Positions 15,011 through 28,974 of a DNA stretch of 64,000 bases are shown in pieces. Positions within the stretch are counted from its first letter, which is position 1; every line of letters begins with the position of its first letter. The DNA lies in the NCBI GenBank assembly GCA_964016885.1, contig OZ024751.1:11160001-11224000 (forward strand), read 5' to 3'. Position numbers and translations under genes: made by a program. The stretch is from Eledone cirrhosa (Eukaryota). The notes beneath the pieces are model-generated. The model saw only the letters and a program-made list of their open reading frames with translations. It ran no database searches and was not told the origin of the DNA.

Positions 15011-15012
<2 letters not shown>
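14921..15012 (+). repeat. Short repeat family E; second, fold-back copy at ~15497-15717
   Basis: gggtgaaagcagcgattctttgcttaaactttaa recurs at 15575-15610 and inverted at 15512-15546; CTGAAGA...GAAA present but the fold is non-canonical. Confidence 0.6.
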
Positions 15013-15064
<52 letters not shown>

Positions 15065-15076
15065 CAATATATTAAT

Positions 15077-15250
15077 TGTTTCTACTTTAGGCACAAGGCC
15101 AGCAATTACCCAGTGTATTACTGGTACTTTATTTTATCGACCCCGTAAGATGAAAGGCAAAGTTAACCTCGGCGGGATTTGAACTCAAAACGGCAAGGGC
15201 CGTAACTCAATGCGCCAAAGCATGGCGTCCGACCCTCTACCGATACTGCC
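15077..15250 (-). mobile_element. tRNA-derived SINE nested in a family-D element
   Basis: Box A/B-like (TGGCAGTATCGG, GAGTTCAAATCCC) and central GCCTTTCATC..GGGGTCGATAAA..AGTACCAG domain; homologous to 41313-41491. Confidence 0.85.
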
Positions 15251-15281
15251 AAAATGGAAACTATATTTATAAAACCATAAT

Positions 15282-15347
15282 TATTTTATTATATATATTT
15301 CAAGGGCCTCCAAAGGCAGTCTTGGTGCGCTTTCATCAGATAAAATA
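15282..15347 (-). ncRNA. Type I hammerhead (family D)
   Basis: TATTTTAT-CTGATGA-AAGCGCACCAAG...TTTGGAGGCCCTT-GAAA TATATA TA-ATAAAATA; perfect 8-bp stem I. Confidence 0.8.
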
Positions 15348-15417
15348 CAAAATTTGTTTCATAAATATTGACATAAACCGTGGAAAACAACCTTGACGGT
15401 TGAAAATCGCTGGATAG

Positions 15418-15499
<82 letters not shown>

Positions 15500-17235
15500 T
15501 AAAATAACAGATTAAAATTTAAGCAAAGAATCGCTGCTTTTACCCTTAACGAGATCTTCAGAGGATCCCGGTAAGGGTGAAAGCACCGATTCTTTGCTTA
15601 AACTTTAATCTGTTATTTTAAAAAATATTTGCTCTACGGTTCTTTATATATCTGATATATGTTTATCCTTATCGAACCCTCTTCGGATTTTAGTCTTCAA
15701 ATTTATTATTATTACTATATATATATATATATATATATATGAATAAAGTTAGTCCTTCATCAGTGATCTTCCAACCATCATTAGTATTTCATCGCTTTAA
15801 AGACCATATACCTCCGGTTGGTGCGAGCAACGGCTAAAAAAAGTCGTTGGGACACGTAATAAAGGGCACACAAGAGTGTAAACAAACAAAGATGGTGAAG
15901 CAACGAAAAGTGAGGAAGAAGGAGTCAAGTCCCAAATTTCCATGTATATAAGTTCGGTGAAATCGTGAACGAGAGAGAATAAAGACCATCAAACCTGGTT
16001 GGAATGTGAGCAAGGAAGGAATTCCGTACAGGTATAATGGGAGGAAGAAGGAATCTAGTCTGTGAATTCGGTGAACGTAAGTTCTGTGAAATCGTAGACG
16101 AGAGAGAGAAAAAAAGCGACCTGCCTGACCAAGGGTGCGAAAGAAAAGAATTACGCACAGGTCAAACGGGAAGGAGGAGGAGAGGTAGTAACAGAGAGTG
16201 AGTGAGTGAAGGGTGAGGAAGAGGCTAACAGAGAGAGTGACTGTTAGAGAGGGTAATGATACAGAGAAAGAAGAAGCAGTAAGAACGAAATAGACGTGTC
16301 ACAGCGGGGGAGATGTCCGGAGTAACAGTTACTTATAGGTAGAAGTTATTTGGTATAGAAAATATTAAGAACTCGAAGATGCTTACGGGGCTAATTCTTT
16401 GGTGGGGAATTTAGTGGAGAGTAAATGTTGATTCGGTATAGAAAATATTTCAAACTGAAAGATGCTTATGTTGATATTTTTTGTGTGGGTAAGTGAACAC
16501 TAAACGTTGATCGGGTATAGCAACTTTTTTTTTCTATTTGGAAATTGTTTGGGTGTAGAAATTGTTTAGTTCGAATATATTGGGTTGTCAATTATGAAAT
16601 TTGTAGAATAAAACTTACGACCATATGGCTCACTACAAATTTCATATTTGACGACCCAATATTTAGTACAGTAGTTATACATTTTGTGAGTTTGTGTGGA
16701 CGATGATTCGGCAAACCTTTACACAATAGAATTTCAGTCACGGCTCTTACATCTTTTAGAAATAGGCAGGGTTATATTAATGCCTTGTTTCGGTGGAGTA
16801 GATGTACTTTGGAGGAAATTTAGATATTATTTCTAACAGGTTAAAAGACACTATAGAGGTTTCCACGTTAAAATAGTTATTTCAGGTGTGACTGTTGGTT
16901 AGCTGAATGTGTTTATCAGGTCGGGTAAGATAGGTGTGATCTAATTGTGTAGGTGTTGGTTATTGTGATGGTGATGGTCATATGGATGGAATCGTAAGAG
17001 GTGATGTCGAGCTCTAATCAAATAAAAATATACGAGGTAATTGATGGTCAGTGTCGAGGAATTGGACAAAATATAATTATTGCCGCTTAAAGGCGATACA
17101 GTTGAAGGAAGAACTATGAAGACCATAGAAGACGTCAGTTGATTGATGAAAAATGGCTGACTTACTCACATAAACAGTCACATAGAGAGAGGGGGTGAGG
17201 GAAAGAGAGAGTGATGTGAGATTGGAAAGAAATTT

Positions 17236-17289
<54 letters not shown>

Positions 17290-17415
17290 AAGACACACAC
17301 ACACGTATATATAATGAGAGGGAGAAAGAGATAGAGGGATATGTGTGAGATTGGAGAGAAATAGAATACACACATAACAGACAAAAACACAGACACTCAC
17401 GCACACACAAACACG

Positions 17416-17490
<75 letters not shown>

Positions 17491-17495
<5 letters not shown>

Positions 17496-17687
17496 AAAAA
17501 GTATGACCCCAACGGCAGAGCTCAAGCCGTTTCGACGGCCATTTCTGAGTCCAAAGAAATAACCGTCGAAACGGCTTGAGCTCTGCCGTCGGGGGTCATA
17601 CTTTTTCCTATTTCCCACTCTGCTACTCTAAGTATTGAGTACTCTGGTACGTTATGGTCCATCTGGTTCCTTACCACATTTCCTTTG

Positions 17688-17690
<3 letters not shown>
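17491..17690 (+). mobile_element. Fold-back element family A
   Basis: Palindrome 17491-17611 followed by the shared tail ...taagtattgagtactctggt.cgttatggtccatctggttccttaccac, flanked by (TA)n. Confidence 0.75.
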
Positions 17691-17743
<53 letters not shown>

Positions 17744-17882
17744 GGAGAGAGAGAGAGGGAAAATCTAAAATGAAAAAAAAATAGTTATATCTTTAGATAT
17801 TTGCGCACAACCTACACTCACACACACACACACACATCGTAATAGTTATGAGTATAACATTTGTTTCCCCCTCCCTCGTCGC

Positions 17883-17985
<103 letters not shown>

Positions 17986-18103
17986 AACGAGTAGGACCCC
18001 GAGGGCTGAGCTCAAGCCGTTTCGACGGCTAATTCTGGACTAATATATATATATATATATACAATATGTTAATAAATGGAAACTATATTTATAAAACCAT
18101 ATT

Positions 18104-18168
18104 TATTTCATTATACATATTTCAAGGACACCAAAGCAAATTATGGTGCGCTTTCATCAGATAAAATA
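18104..18168 (-). ncRNA. Type I hammerhead (family D, second copy)
   Basis: TATTTTAT-CTGATGA-AAGCGCACCA...TGGTGTCCTT-GAAA TATGTA TA-ATGAAATA. Confidence 0.78.
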
Positions 18169-18208
18169 TTTGCTTTTGTATCCCAACAAATTAAAAATAA
18201 CTTCTACT

Positions 18209-18291
<83 letters not shown>

Positions 18292-18293
18292 AT

Positions 18294-18619
18294 ATATCAC
18301 AGAAAAAAGAGAATCAGTGTTGCGACGAATGGAATTTATTAGACATATTACAATCGTTTCTCTGGTGACCAGCTCGAGGCACGATCGATGTAATAATCGA
18401 ACCTGACTCTGAAAATCGCAAGGTCCTCAGATAAGTCTTGATTCTACGAAGCAGATTTTCCTTCGTAGAATCAAGACGTATCTGAGGACCTTGCGATTTT
18501 CAGAGTCAGGTTCGATTATTACATCGATCGTGCCTCGAGCTGGTCACCAGAGAAACGATTGTAATATGTCTAATAAATTCCATTCGTCGCAACACTGATT
18601 CTCTTTTTTTCTGTGATAT
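18294..18619. repeat. Near-perfect palindrome (~158-bp arms, 9-nt spacer), family F
   Basis: 18294-18451 is the reverse complement of 18461-18619 with about 2 differences. Confidence 0.95.
18474..18571 (+). ncRNA. Hammerhead-like motif with ~63-nt stem II (mirror copy 18341-18438 on minus)
   Basis: AGACGTAT-CTGAGGA-[63 nt imperfect hairpin]-GAAAC GATT GTA-ATATGTCT; 8-bp stem I. Confidence 0.65.
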
Positions 18620-18943
18620 CTTACTCTGCTCTATGAGAGCATCGAGTGCTCATACGGACGCTTTAAGCATCCACCACCAGTTATATATAGTTACATATAT
18701 ATATGAAATTACGAGAGAGAGAGAACCAGTGGGTGTGTTAAAGAGAAGGAGAGTAAGAAATATTTGATATAGAGAAATAAATATAAAGGTAGATAGGAAA
18801 AAGACTAATGGAAACAAACACACACACACATACATACATACATGTATGTACTGAAACACAAACACACATACACGTAAACACATACATATGTACTCACATG
18901 CACACACATTATTACATACAACTACACTTACATATGAATGTTT

Positions 18944-18974
<31 letters not shown>

Positions 18975-19361
18975 GTGCGTATATATGTATATAAATACAG
19001 TATATGTGCTTATATACATAAATACCTATATGCATATATATACACATATGTGTATGTGTATGTATGCGTGTGTTTATATGCATATGGGGATGGTATGAGA
19101 TATTGATAGATAACGGAAATATAAACACGACAGACGGCCAGGCATGCAGACAGACAAGTAATAAAGGTGGGGGTGGATGATGTATTAAAAAATGTTATAT
19201 AGAATATGAAAAGTCAAGATAAAATAGGTAAAAATAATCATAGAAAAAATATGAAAATCAAATGAGAAATACAGTGTGAGTGAGTGAGAGGGAGAGAGAG
19301 AGACGGAGAGCGAGAAGGAGGGCTAAAATGAGGAAGGGAGAAGTAATGAGAGAAGGGAGAA

Positions 19362-19502
19362 AGAAAATCAGAGCGAGAGAAGGAGAGAGATACAAACAGA
19401 CAGAGAAAGAAAATCAGAGCGAGAGAAGGAGAGAGATACAAACAGACAGAGAAAGAAAATCAGAGCGAGAGAAGGAGAGAGATACAAACAGACAGAGAAA
19501 GA
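19362..19502. repeat. Purine-rich tandem repeat, about 3 copies of a ~45-bp unit
   Basis: gaaaatcagagcgagagaaggagagagatacaaacagacagagaaa repeated. Confidence 0.85.
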
Positions 19503-19962
19503 CACAGAGGGTGAGAGCGAGAGGAGAAATCTAATTAGAGAAATAGGAAAGCCATGATAGTGAGGGAGATAAAAGTGAAAGATCTAGATTGATTGTTGTA
19601 TTCGAGGTTCAAACCTGCGCACTAAAAGAGGTTAGATGGCAGCGAATAAGGTTTATGGCGGTGGTGTGCAGAATATCTGCAAAAAAAAAACAAAAAAAAA
19701 ACAGGGTAAAAACATTACTAAAAGAAACAAGAATAAAAAATATGGAAAGAAAATTATAGTGATAGAACTAATGTGACTTGAAATTTCTCCAAGTTGCCAT
19801 CAATTTTTGGAGTGCGTTCCAGAAAATAACAGCTCTGCTCTTTGACCGAAAACAAAACACTGTAATTGTAAAGGACAATATCACTGGGGCAAACTTATCA
19901 AATACTCAATTGGAAGCCACATTTAAGATGGCCGCGTCAAATACTGGAGTATATATATATAC

Positions 19963-20054
<92 letters not shown>

Positions 20055-20167
20055 ATATATAATATGTATGTATATGTATATATACATATCTTTACATACA
20101 TATATATATAAATTTATACCCACATATATATATATGTGGACATATATATAATATATATGTGTGTGTC

Positions 20168-20203
<36 letters not shown>

Positions 20204-20682
20204 CGTATATATATGCATGTAAGTACGCGAGTATGTATATATATCTATATATATGTATGTTTGCTTGTATGCATGTGTAAATATATATTAGTGTTAGTTT
20301 TATCTATGTATGTTATATATGCGAATGAATCTGCTCATGCATACACACACTTATATATATATATGCATACATACATAACTATATACTTATATACATATAT
20401 TTACAATTATATGTGTATGTGCGTGTATCTTACGTGTATATTCTATAATGAAATATATCAAACTAACTGCGTATATAATTGCATGTGCATATTATTTTTT
20501 TTACATTCTATATACATCACTATAAACATGTTTAAGTGAGTACATATATTTCGCTATATGCATGCATGCATAGATTTCACACACAAACATACCAACAAAG
20601 GCACGCTCTACAATATATAAACAAACGCATTTATGTATATATCTAAACACACACACACAGAGACGCACAGACACACACACAC

Positions 20683-20759
<77 letters not shown>

Positions 20760-20782
20760 TATATGTATATATATATATACAC

Positions 20783-20835
<53 letters not shown>

Positions 20836-20871
20836 TATATGTATATATATATATACACATATATATACATA

Positions 20872-20911
<40 letters not shown>

Positions 20912-20959
20912 TACATATATATATATACACACACACACACATATATCTGACTCTTTTCC

Positions 20960-21027
<68 letters not shown>

Positions 21028-21077
21028 TATATGTATATTTATATATGTATATATATATATATGTATATTTATATATG

Positions 21078-21137
<60 letters not shown>

Positions 21138-21191
21138 TATATATATACACATATATATAGATACATATATACACACACACATATATCTGAC

Positions 21192-21244
<53 letters not shown>

Positions 21245-21553
21245 TATTTACATGCACACTCTGAGTCACACACATATCAAAGACATATCTACACACTTGT
21301 GTATTACACATATACACAAAGAGTACCTAACATGTGTAGAATAACGAATTATGCGTGGTGTCGTGCGAATAACTCATTGAGAAGGACACAAAAAATACAT
21401 ATTGCGAGGTAAATAGCTGAATATAATGTTCAAAGATAGATAGGTAGATAGATAGATAGATTGATAGATAGATAGATAGAAAGACAGATAGATAGATAGA
21501 TAGAAAGACAGATAGATAGGTAGATAGATAGGTAGATAGATTGATTGATAGTC

Positions 21554-21593
<40 letters not shown>

Positions 21594-21786
21594 GTATGTA
21601 TGTATCTGTATATATGTATATGTATGTATGTATGTATATATATATATATATATATATGTAGGTATATGTATATATATATATATATATAGATATGTATGTA
21701 TATATATGTATATATATATATGTATGTATATATATATATATATGTGTATGTATATATATATATATATATGTATGTATATATATATG

Positions 21787-21818
<32 letters not shown>

Positions 21819-21864
21819 GATATGTATGTATATGTATGTATATATATATATATATGTATGTATG

Positions 21865-21895
<31 letters not shown>

Positions 21896-21904
21896 ATATG
21901 TATG

Positions 21905-22019
<115 letters not shown>

Positions 22020-22034
22020 GTATATATATATATG

Positions 22035-22079
<45 letters not shown>

Positions 22080-22080
22080 G

Positions 22081-22113
<33 letters not shown>

Positions 22114-22242
22114 GTAATTATATGTATATATATATATGTAATTATATATATATATATGTATGTATGTATATATATATGTATGTATGTATATATATATATG
22201 TATATATGTATGTATGAATATATCTATATCTATATATATATG

Positions 22243-22313
<71 letters not shown>

Positions 22314-22362
22314 GTATGTATGTATGTATATATGTATATATATATACGTATGTATGTATGTA

Positions 22363-22411
<49 letters not shown>

Positions 22412-22984
22412 ATATGTATGTATCTATGTATATATATATATATATATATGTATGTATATATATATATGTGTATGTATGTATATATGTATGTGTATATATA
22501 TATATGTATGTATATATATATGGAGACAAATAAAGAGAGAGAGAGATGGGAGGATAGGTTGTATATAATTATTTATAAGTGTGTAAATATATACATAAAT
22601 AAATATATGTATATATATGTATATATATATATATGTGTGTGTGTGTCTGTTTGTGTGTGTGTGTTTGTGTGTGGGGATAGGTAGAGGAGGAGACAGGGAG
22701 ATAGACACATGTGAAAGAGGAGAGAGGGCGAGATTGAAAGAAAGAAAGAGAGAGAGAATGGTTGGTTGTGAGAGGTGTGATGATGTGAGAGAAAGAAGCA
22801 TATAGACAGATATAATGAGGGATATACCGAGTATTTGGCAATCTGACAGTAGACATCGACGAAAAAATATGGATGAATGAAAATAGAGAGCATATATGCA
22901 TATGTTTATGTATGACGTTAAACTCAGTTACTAACGGAGGATTGAGATATATATATTTGACATAATAAAAATAATAATAATGAT

Positions 22985-23187
22985 TTTTACATTAGGCACA
23001 AGGCCAATGATTTTGGGGAGAGGGGGAAAGTCCCTTATATCAACCCCAGTGCATTGCTGGTGCTTTATGTTATCGACCCCGTAAGGGTGAAAGGCAAGTT
23101 AACCTAGGCGTGATTTGAACTTAGTACGTAAAGGACCACAACTCTAAACTGCAAAGCATGGTGTACGAAGCTTTACCGATACTGCCA
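22985..23187 (-). mobile_element. tRNA-derived SINE (same family as 15077/41313)
   Basis: ggcacaaggcc...atcgaccccgtaagggtgaaaggcaagttaacct...gatttgaact...taccgatactgcc. Confidence 0.8.
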
Positions 23188-23869
23188 ATAAAAATAAAAA
23201 TAATAATCATTATTATTATTATCAGTATTTCTTTTGCTGGCACCACGGGCCCAAGCCTGGACAATACAAGAACGGATTCCAACACAAAGTGGGGTTAAGA
23301 TCGAATAAAAACTTTCGCAGTGAACAAAATCAATAATGTAATAAGAAATTTGCAACAAGAAAAATTTCTCAATAGTGGAGGAAGATCATCTGGGATAATT
23401 CGGGGTGAAAACCCCACACAAATGTCACAGATTACTCTTTGTAAGCAAGGCACTGAAATTACTCTCACTCAGTCATGTTTCTTCCAATTTCTGAAAAGCA
23501 TAGTCAGAGAAATCCGATTCAGCCTTAACATTATCACTGCTCTCCTCCGCCTTTCGCGAAAAACTCTAGAACGCAGAAACTTCCCCCCCACTACAACCAA
23601 CACCAACCTCATTTAAATGTGAACTGTGATATCTGCCAATGTTTGTCGGGATTAGATCACTGACCATTCGGCCGCCAATTGCCCGCTAGTGCCTCTCCAA
23701 TACATCAGATTTTGGTAGGTTGCCAACGTAAGGCAGAAGATTGCGAAATTTAGCGTCTTAATGTGAAATTGTCCGAGAACAGTCAACAATCAGCTTGATA
23801 GAATCTTGTAGAAGGTTACTTAAATCACAATATCAATACATTGTTTCTGGTTGCATTGCTACATACGCT

Positions 23870-25545
23870 ACCACCTTCACCACTTCCATAACCTGTATAA
23901 CTAATATAATCACTACTTATACTAATACCTCCACTTTGACTAACACTATCACTACCACCTTCACCACTTAGACTACCATCCTCACTTCACTACCACTGCC
24001 ACCAACATCACTTACACTACCATCTTCACTTCACTACCAGTGCCTCTACCACCACTTACACTAGCATCTACACTTCATTACCACCATACCACCATCATCA
24101 CTTACACTACCATCCTCACTTCACTACCACCATCACCACTTACACTACCATCCTCACTTCACTACCACCATACCACCATCACCACTTACACTAGAATCTA
24201 CACTTCACTACCATCATACCACCATCACCACTTACACTACCATCCTCAATTCACTACCACCATCACCACTTACACTAGCATCTATACATCACTACCACCA
24301 TACCACTATCATTACATTACCATCCTCAGTTCACTACCACCATCACCACTTACACTACCATCTATACATCACTACCACCATACCACTATCATTACATTAC
24401 CATCCTCAGTTCACTACCACCATCACCACTTACACTACCATCTATACATCACTACCACCATACCACTATCATCACTTACATTACCATCCTCAGTTAACTA
24501 CCACCATCACCACTTACACTACCATCTATACATCACTACCACCATACCACTATCATCACTTACATTACCATCCTCAGTTCACTACCACCATCACCACTTA
24601 CACTACCATCTATACATCACTACCACCATACCACTATCATCACTTACATTACCATCCTCACTTCACTACCACCATCACCACTTACACTACCATCTATACA
24701 TCACTACCACCATACCACTATCATCACTTACATTACCATCCTCACTTCACTACCACCATCACCACTTACACTAGCATCTATACATCACTACCACCATACC
24801 ACTATCATCACTTACATTACCATCCTCACTTCACTACCACCATCACCACTTACACTACCATCTATACATCACTACCACCATACCACTATCATCACTTACA
24901 TTACCATCCTCACTTCACTACCACCATCACCACTTACACTACCATCTATACATCACTACCACCATACCACTATCATCACTTACATTACCATCCTCACTTC
25001 ACTACCACCATCACCACTTACACTACCATCTATACATCACTACCACCATACCACTATCATCACTTACACTACCATCCTCACTTCACTACCACCATCACCA
25101 CTTACACTACCATCTATACATCACTACCACCATACCACTATCATTACATTACCATCCTCACTTCACTACCACCATCACCACTTACACTACCATCTATACA
25201 TCACTACCACCATACCACTATCATCACTTACATTACCATCCTCACTTCACTACCACCATCACCACTTACACTACCATCTATACATCACTACCACCATACC
25301 ACTATCATCACTTACATTACCATCCTCACTTCACTACCACCATCACCACTTACACTACCATCTATACATCACTACCACCATACCACTATCATTACATTAC
25401 CATCCTCACTTCACTACCAGTACCGTTACCGCCAACACCGCTTACAATACCATCTACACTTCACTAACACTACCACTACCACTTCCACCATCACCACTTA
25501 CACTACCACCTTCACTACCAGTACCACTACCACCACTACTTATAC
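23870..25545. repeat. CAC/TAC-rich minisatellite with 84-bp (and 80-bp) units in its homogeneous core
   Basis: catcaccacttacactacca recurs at 24341, 24421, 24505 ... 24841. Confidence 0.92.
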
Positions 25546-26235
25546 CTTCTCTTTCCCCCTGTAACTTCTGAGGGAGTCGTAGGGGCGCCGCTGTGATATA
25601 TAGTATTTCTAGGGCATTTTACCCAAACTTTGCGCAACCTAGCTCTTTTCCAGGTTTAAATTTAGCAGATTTCTTCTAGTGAGAGATATAGAGGAAGGAT
25701 CGACCTAGTACTTAACTGGTATATTTTAATCGATCTTGAATGGATGAAAGGCAAAGTTGAACTCTGAAGGATTCTCTGTATGGAAGGTTTGAGCCCAAGA
25801 ATGTGTTTATATTCCCATTCAGAACAGTATTATCTAAGAAACGCGACGAATTGGGAAGCCATTAGAACGTCAGATAGAATGCTTTGTGGTATTCGTTCCC
25901 GCGCTTTGCTCTCTGATTTTATATCCTGCCGAAATCAACATTGTCTTTCATTCGTTGGCGACCAATAAAAATGTACCAATTCAATACTGGGAAGAATCTT
26001 CAGGAATATTGGAGTCATGACTGGAATAATGAGATCACAACTCGAACACTGGAGTTACATATGCTGAATAATTTAGAATCCTGATAATGGCACGGGATAT
26101 ATGGTGCATTCATTACAATGTACGATACTATACAACATACAGACTTAAGATGATGATGATGCTGATATGGAAAACGTTATCGAATTGTAGTTAATGTTTC
26201 GGAAAATAGACGAGGACTAAACATATGATCTAGAT

Positions 26236-26523
26236 CAGTCATGGGCAACCTGCGGCCCACGAACATTTCTGAATGGCTCGCCTACGTCACCTAAGTGAAA
26301 TCTTTCTGATTTTTTACACCAACTTTTCTCTCGTAATTCATCTTTCTATCATTTTTACGATCGAAGAAAACAACGTGTACGAATTCTGAAGAAACAAATC
26401 AAAACAACCTGAGTTACCGCCTTTTTTAAAATGTGGGCACGAATGTACATTAGCGCTTGCGCCCGCCTCACGATGGACCATATCTCATGCGGCCCGCTTC
26501 TCGAAAAAGTTTGCCCATGCCTT
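26236..26523. mobile_element. hAT (Charlie-like) MITE
   Basis: TIRs CAGTCATGGGCAA / TTGCCCATGCCTT; subterminal GCGGCCC motifs; 8-bp TSD ATCTAGAT/ATGTAGAT. Confidence 0.85.
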
Positions 26524-26774
26524 ATGTAGATGAAGAGATGGTTCATTCATATTGAATTTTGTTTGGATTTAAGAAAGTTCATATAGCTGGGACTGGAGAT
26601 GGTTAATGATTTTGGATGACCTATCCTACATGGTCATTTTATCATCATCATACCATCATAATTAACATCATATCATCAACATCATCCTCATTATCATCTC
26701 CATCTCTTCATCAATAACATCATCTTCTTATTTACATTTTCTTACTCTTCTAATTCCTCATTACAACCACCACC

Positions 26775-26882
26775 ATCATCGTCATCATCATCATCATCAT
26801 CTTCTTCTTCTTCTTCTTCTTCTTCTTCTTCTTCTTCTTCTTCTTCTTCTTCTTCTTCTTCTTCTTCTTCTTCTTCTTCTTC
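26775..26882. repeat. (CAT)n-(CTT)n compound microsatellite
   Basis: Seen directly; similar (CTT)n-(TAG)n at 55102-55234. Confidence 0.95.
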
Positions 26883-28182
26883 TCCGCCTCCTCCCCTCTC
26901 ATAAATCATTATTTCCATGATCTTCTTGTACATCTTAAACTTCACCTTCCAACTACATAACCTTCCGCCCACTCTCACTCCCACTCCGACCATTCCTCTT
27001 CCTCCTGCTCTCCTTCTACTCTTCCAACACACCACGAAGAATTCAAGAATTCTTCAATATTAAATCTTAGTGACGTCATCACGCCCCCCTTCCTCTTCTC
27101 CTCGTCTTCCTCCTACTACAACGCTGCCACACCTTCTGTCTCTCGACATCCACGTCCTTATCCTTCAATCCCAGTCTATTTGTCACTTCCGTTCTCCAGC
27201 CTTACACTGGCATTTTATTACATCCGATCCCTTTACTAAACTTACTCCCGATCATGTCACCCCCGCTCTATCTCTCTCATTCACACACACATACACACAC
27301 AAACATGCATAGCCGCACATACATAGACACTCATACATAGACACACATATATATCTATATCTATCTACCTTCTCTCTCTCTCTCTCTCTCTCTCTGTATA
27401 TATATATATATATATATATATAATTCCCCTTTAATCTCGCTGTCGTGACATCATCTCGGTATAGCTCTCTACATGTCATTCTTATTCCATTAACACCACC
27501 CGACCTCCACCTCATTCCCGTTCCGATGTCTCTCTCTCTTTCACTCAGTATCAATTTACCCCTCTCTCTGGCACACTTTCCCTTCTCTTTATCACCCGTT
27601 TTTCACCCACTCTCACTCTCAGCCTATTTCTCCCACTCTCTCTGTCAGACTTTTTTACATCTATCTCAGTCAGACACTACCTCTCCCCCCCTCTCTGTCA
27701 TACTCCCTCCTTTCTTTAACTCCCGTTTTTCTACCTCCTCTCTGTGTCAAACTTTATCTCTTCCTCTCTCTGTCACACTTTTTATCCCCCTCTCTCTCTC
27801 AGACACATTTTCATCCCCTCTCCCTATCAGATACATTTTCTCCTCCCTCTCCCTATCACCCATTATTTGCCAAACTCTCTATCGACCATCATATCATGAC
27901 GGTTTCTTTTAACCCTAACCCTAACCCCTGCTGCTGCTGCTGCTGCTGCTGCTGCTACTCTGGATGTTGTTGTTGTTGTCCTATTCTAGGGTTCGATATT
28001 AGGTCATGGAACTAAGTGGCCCCTAAATTCTTGGTTGTGACTTCACACATACATTCCTGTTCCAAACCTCGTCATCTACTGATTTCTTTAATACATTGAC
28101 CCTCTCAACCCCGGAACTCTGCCAATTCCTTCATCCCCTCTTCACCCCATACCATCTACACACACATATATACAAGAATTCC

Positions 28183-28214
<32 letters not shown>

Positions 28215-28264
28215 TCATATATGTATATATATACATTCATATATACATGTATATATATATATAC

Positions 28265-28325
<61 letters not shown>

Positions 28326-28326
28326 C

Positions 28327-28373
<47 letters not shown>

Positions 28374-28386
28374 CATATATATATAC

Positions 28387-28580
<194 letters not shown>

Positions 28581-28974
28581 CACACACACACACACATGTA
28601 CATATATCCCTCATGCTTTTATCTTAATCAAAAAATAGCTTGTGTTCTTTCAGTTTTGAATTATCATTTTCTCTCTCCCTCTCTCCCTCTCTTTCTCCCC
28701 CTCTCTCTCTCTCTCCCTCTCTTTCTCCCCCTCTCTCTCTCTCTCCCTCTCTCCCTCCCCCCCTCTCTCTCTGTACACACACACACATATATATATGTGT
28801 GTGCATGTGTGTGAATCAACCTCTCTCTGTATATTTTTGCCAATCTCTCTTTTTCCATTCCTCCCACACCAGAAATGATTCTACCCTTTATGCATGACAC
28901 CCACAAATTCTCTTTTACTCTAACAATTTCATCACCACCACCAGTACCACCACCACAACTACACCACCACAACT

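Noticed and set aside
24040-24774. 244-aa His/Thr-rich ORF
   Set aside because: Lies wholly within the 84/80-bp minisatellite; frame-breaking unit variants argue against coding.
27910-27927. (TAACCC)3 telomere-like repeat
   Set aside because: Only three units; too short to infer a fusion or healing event.
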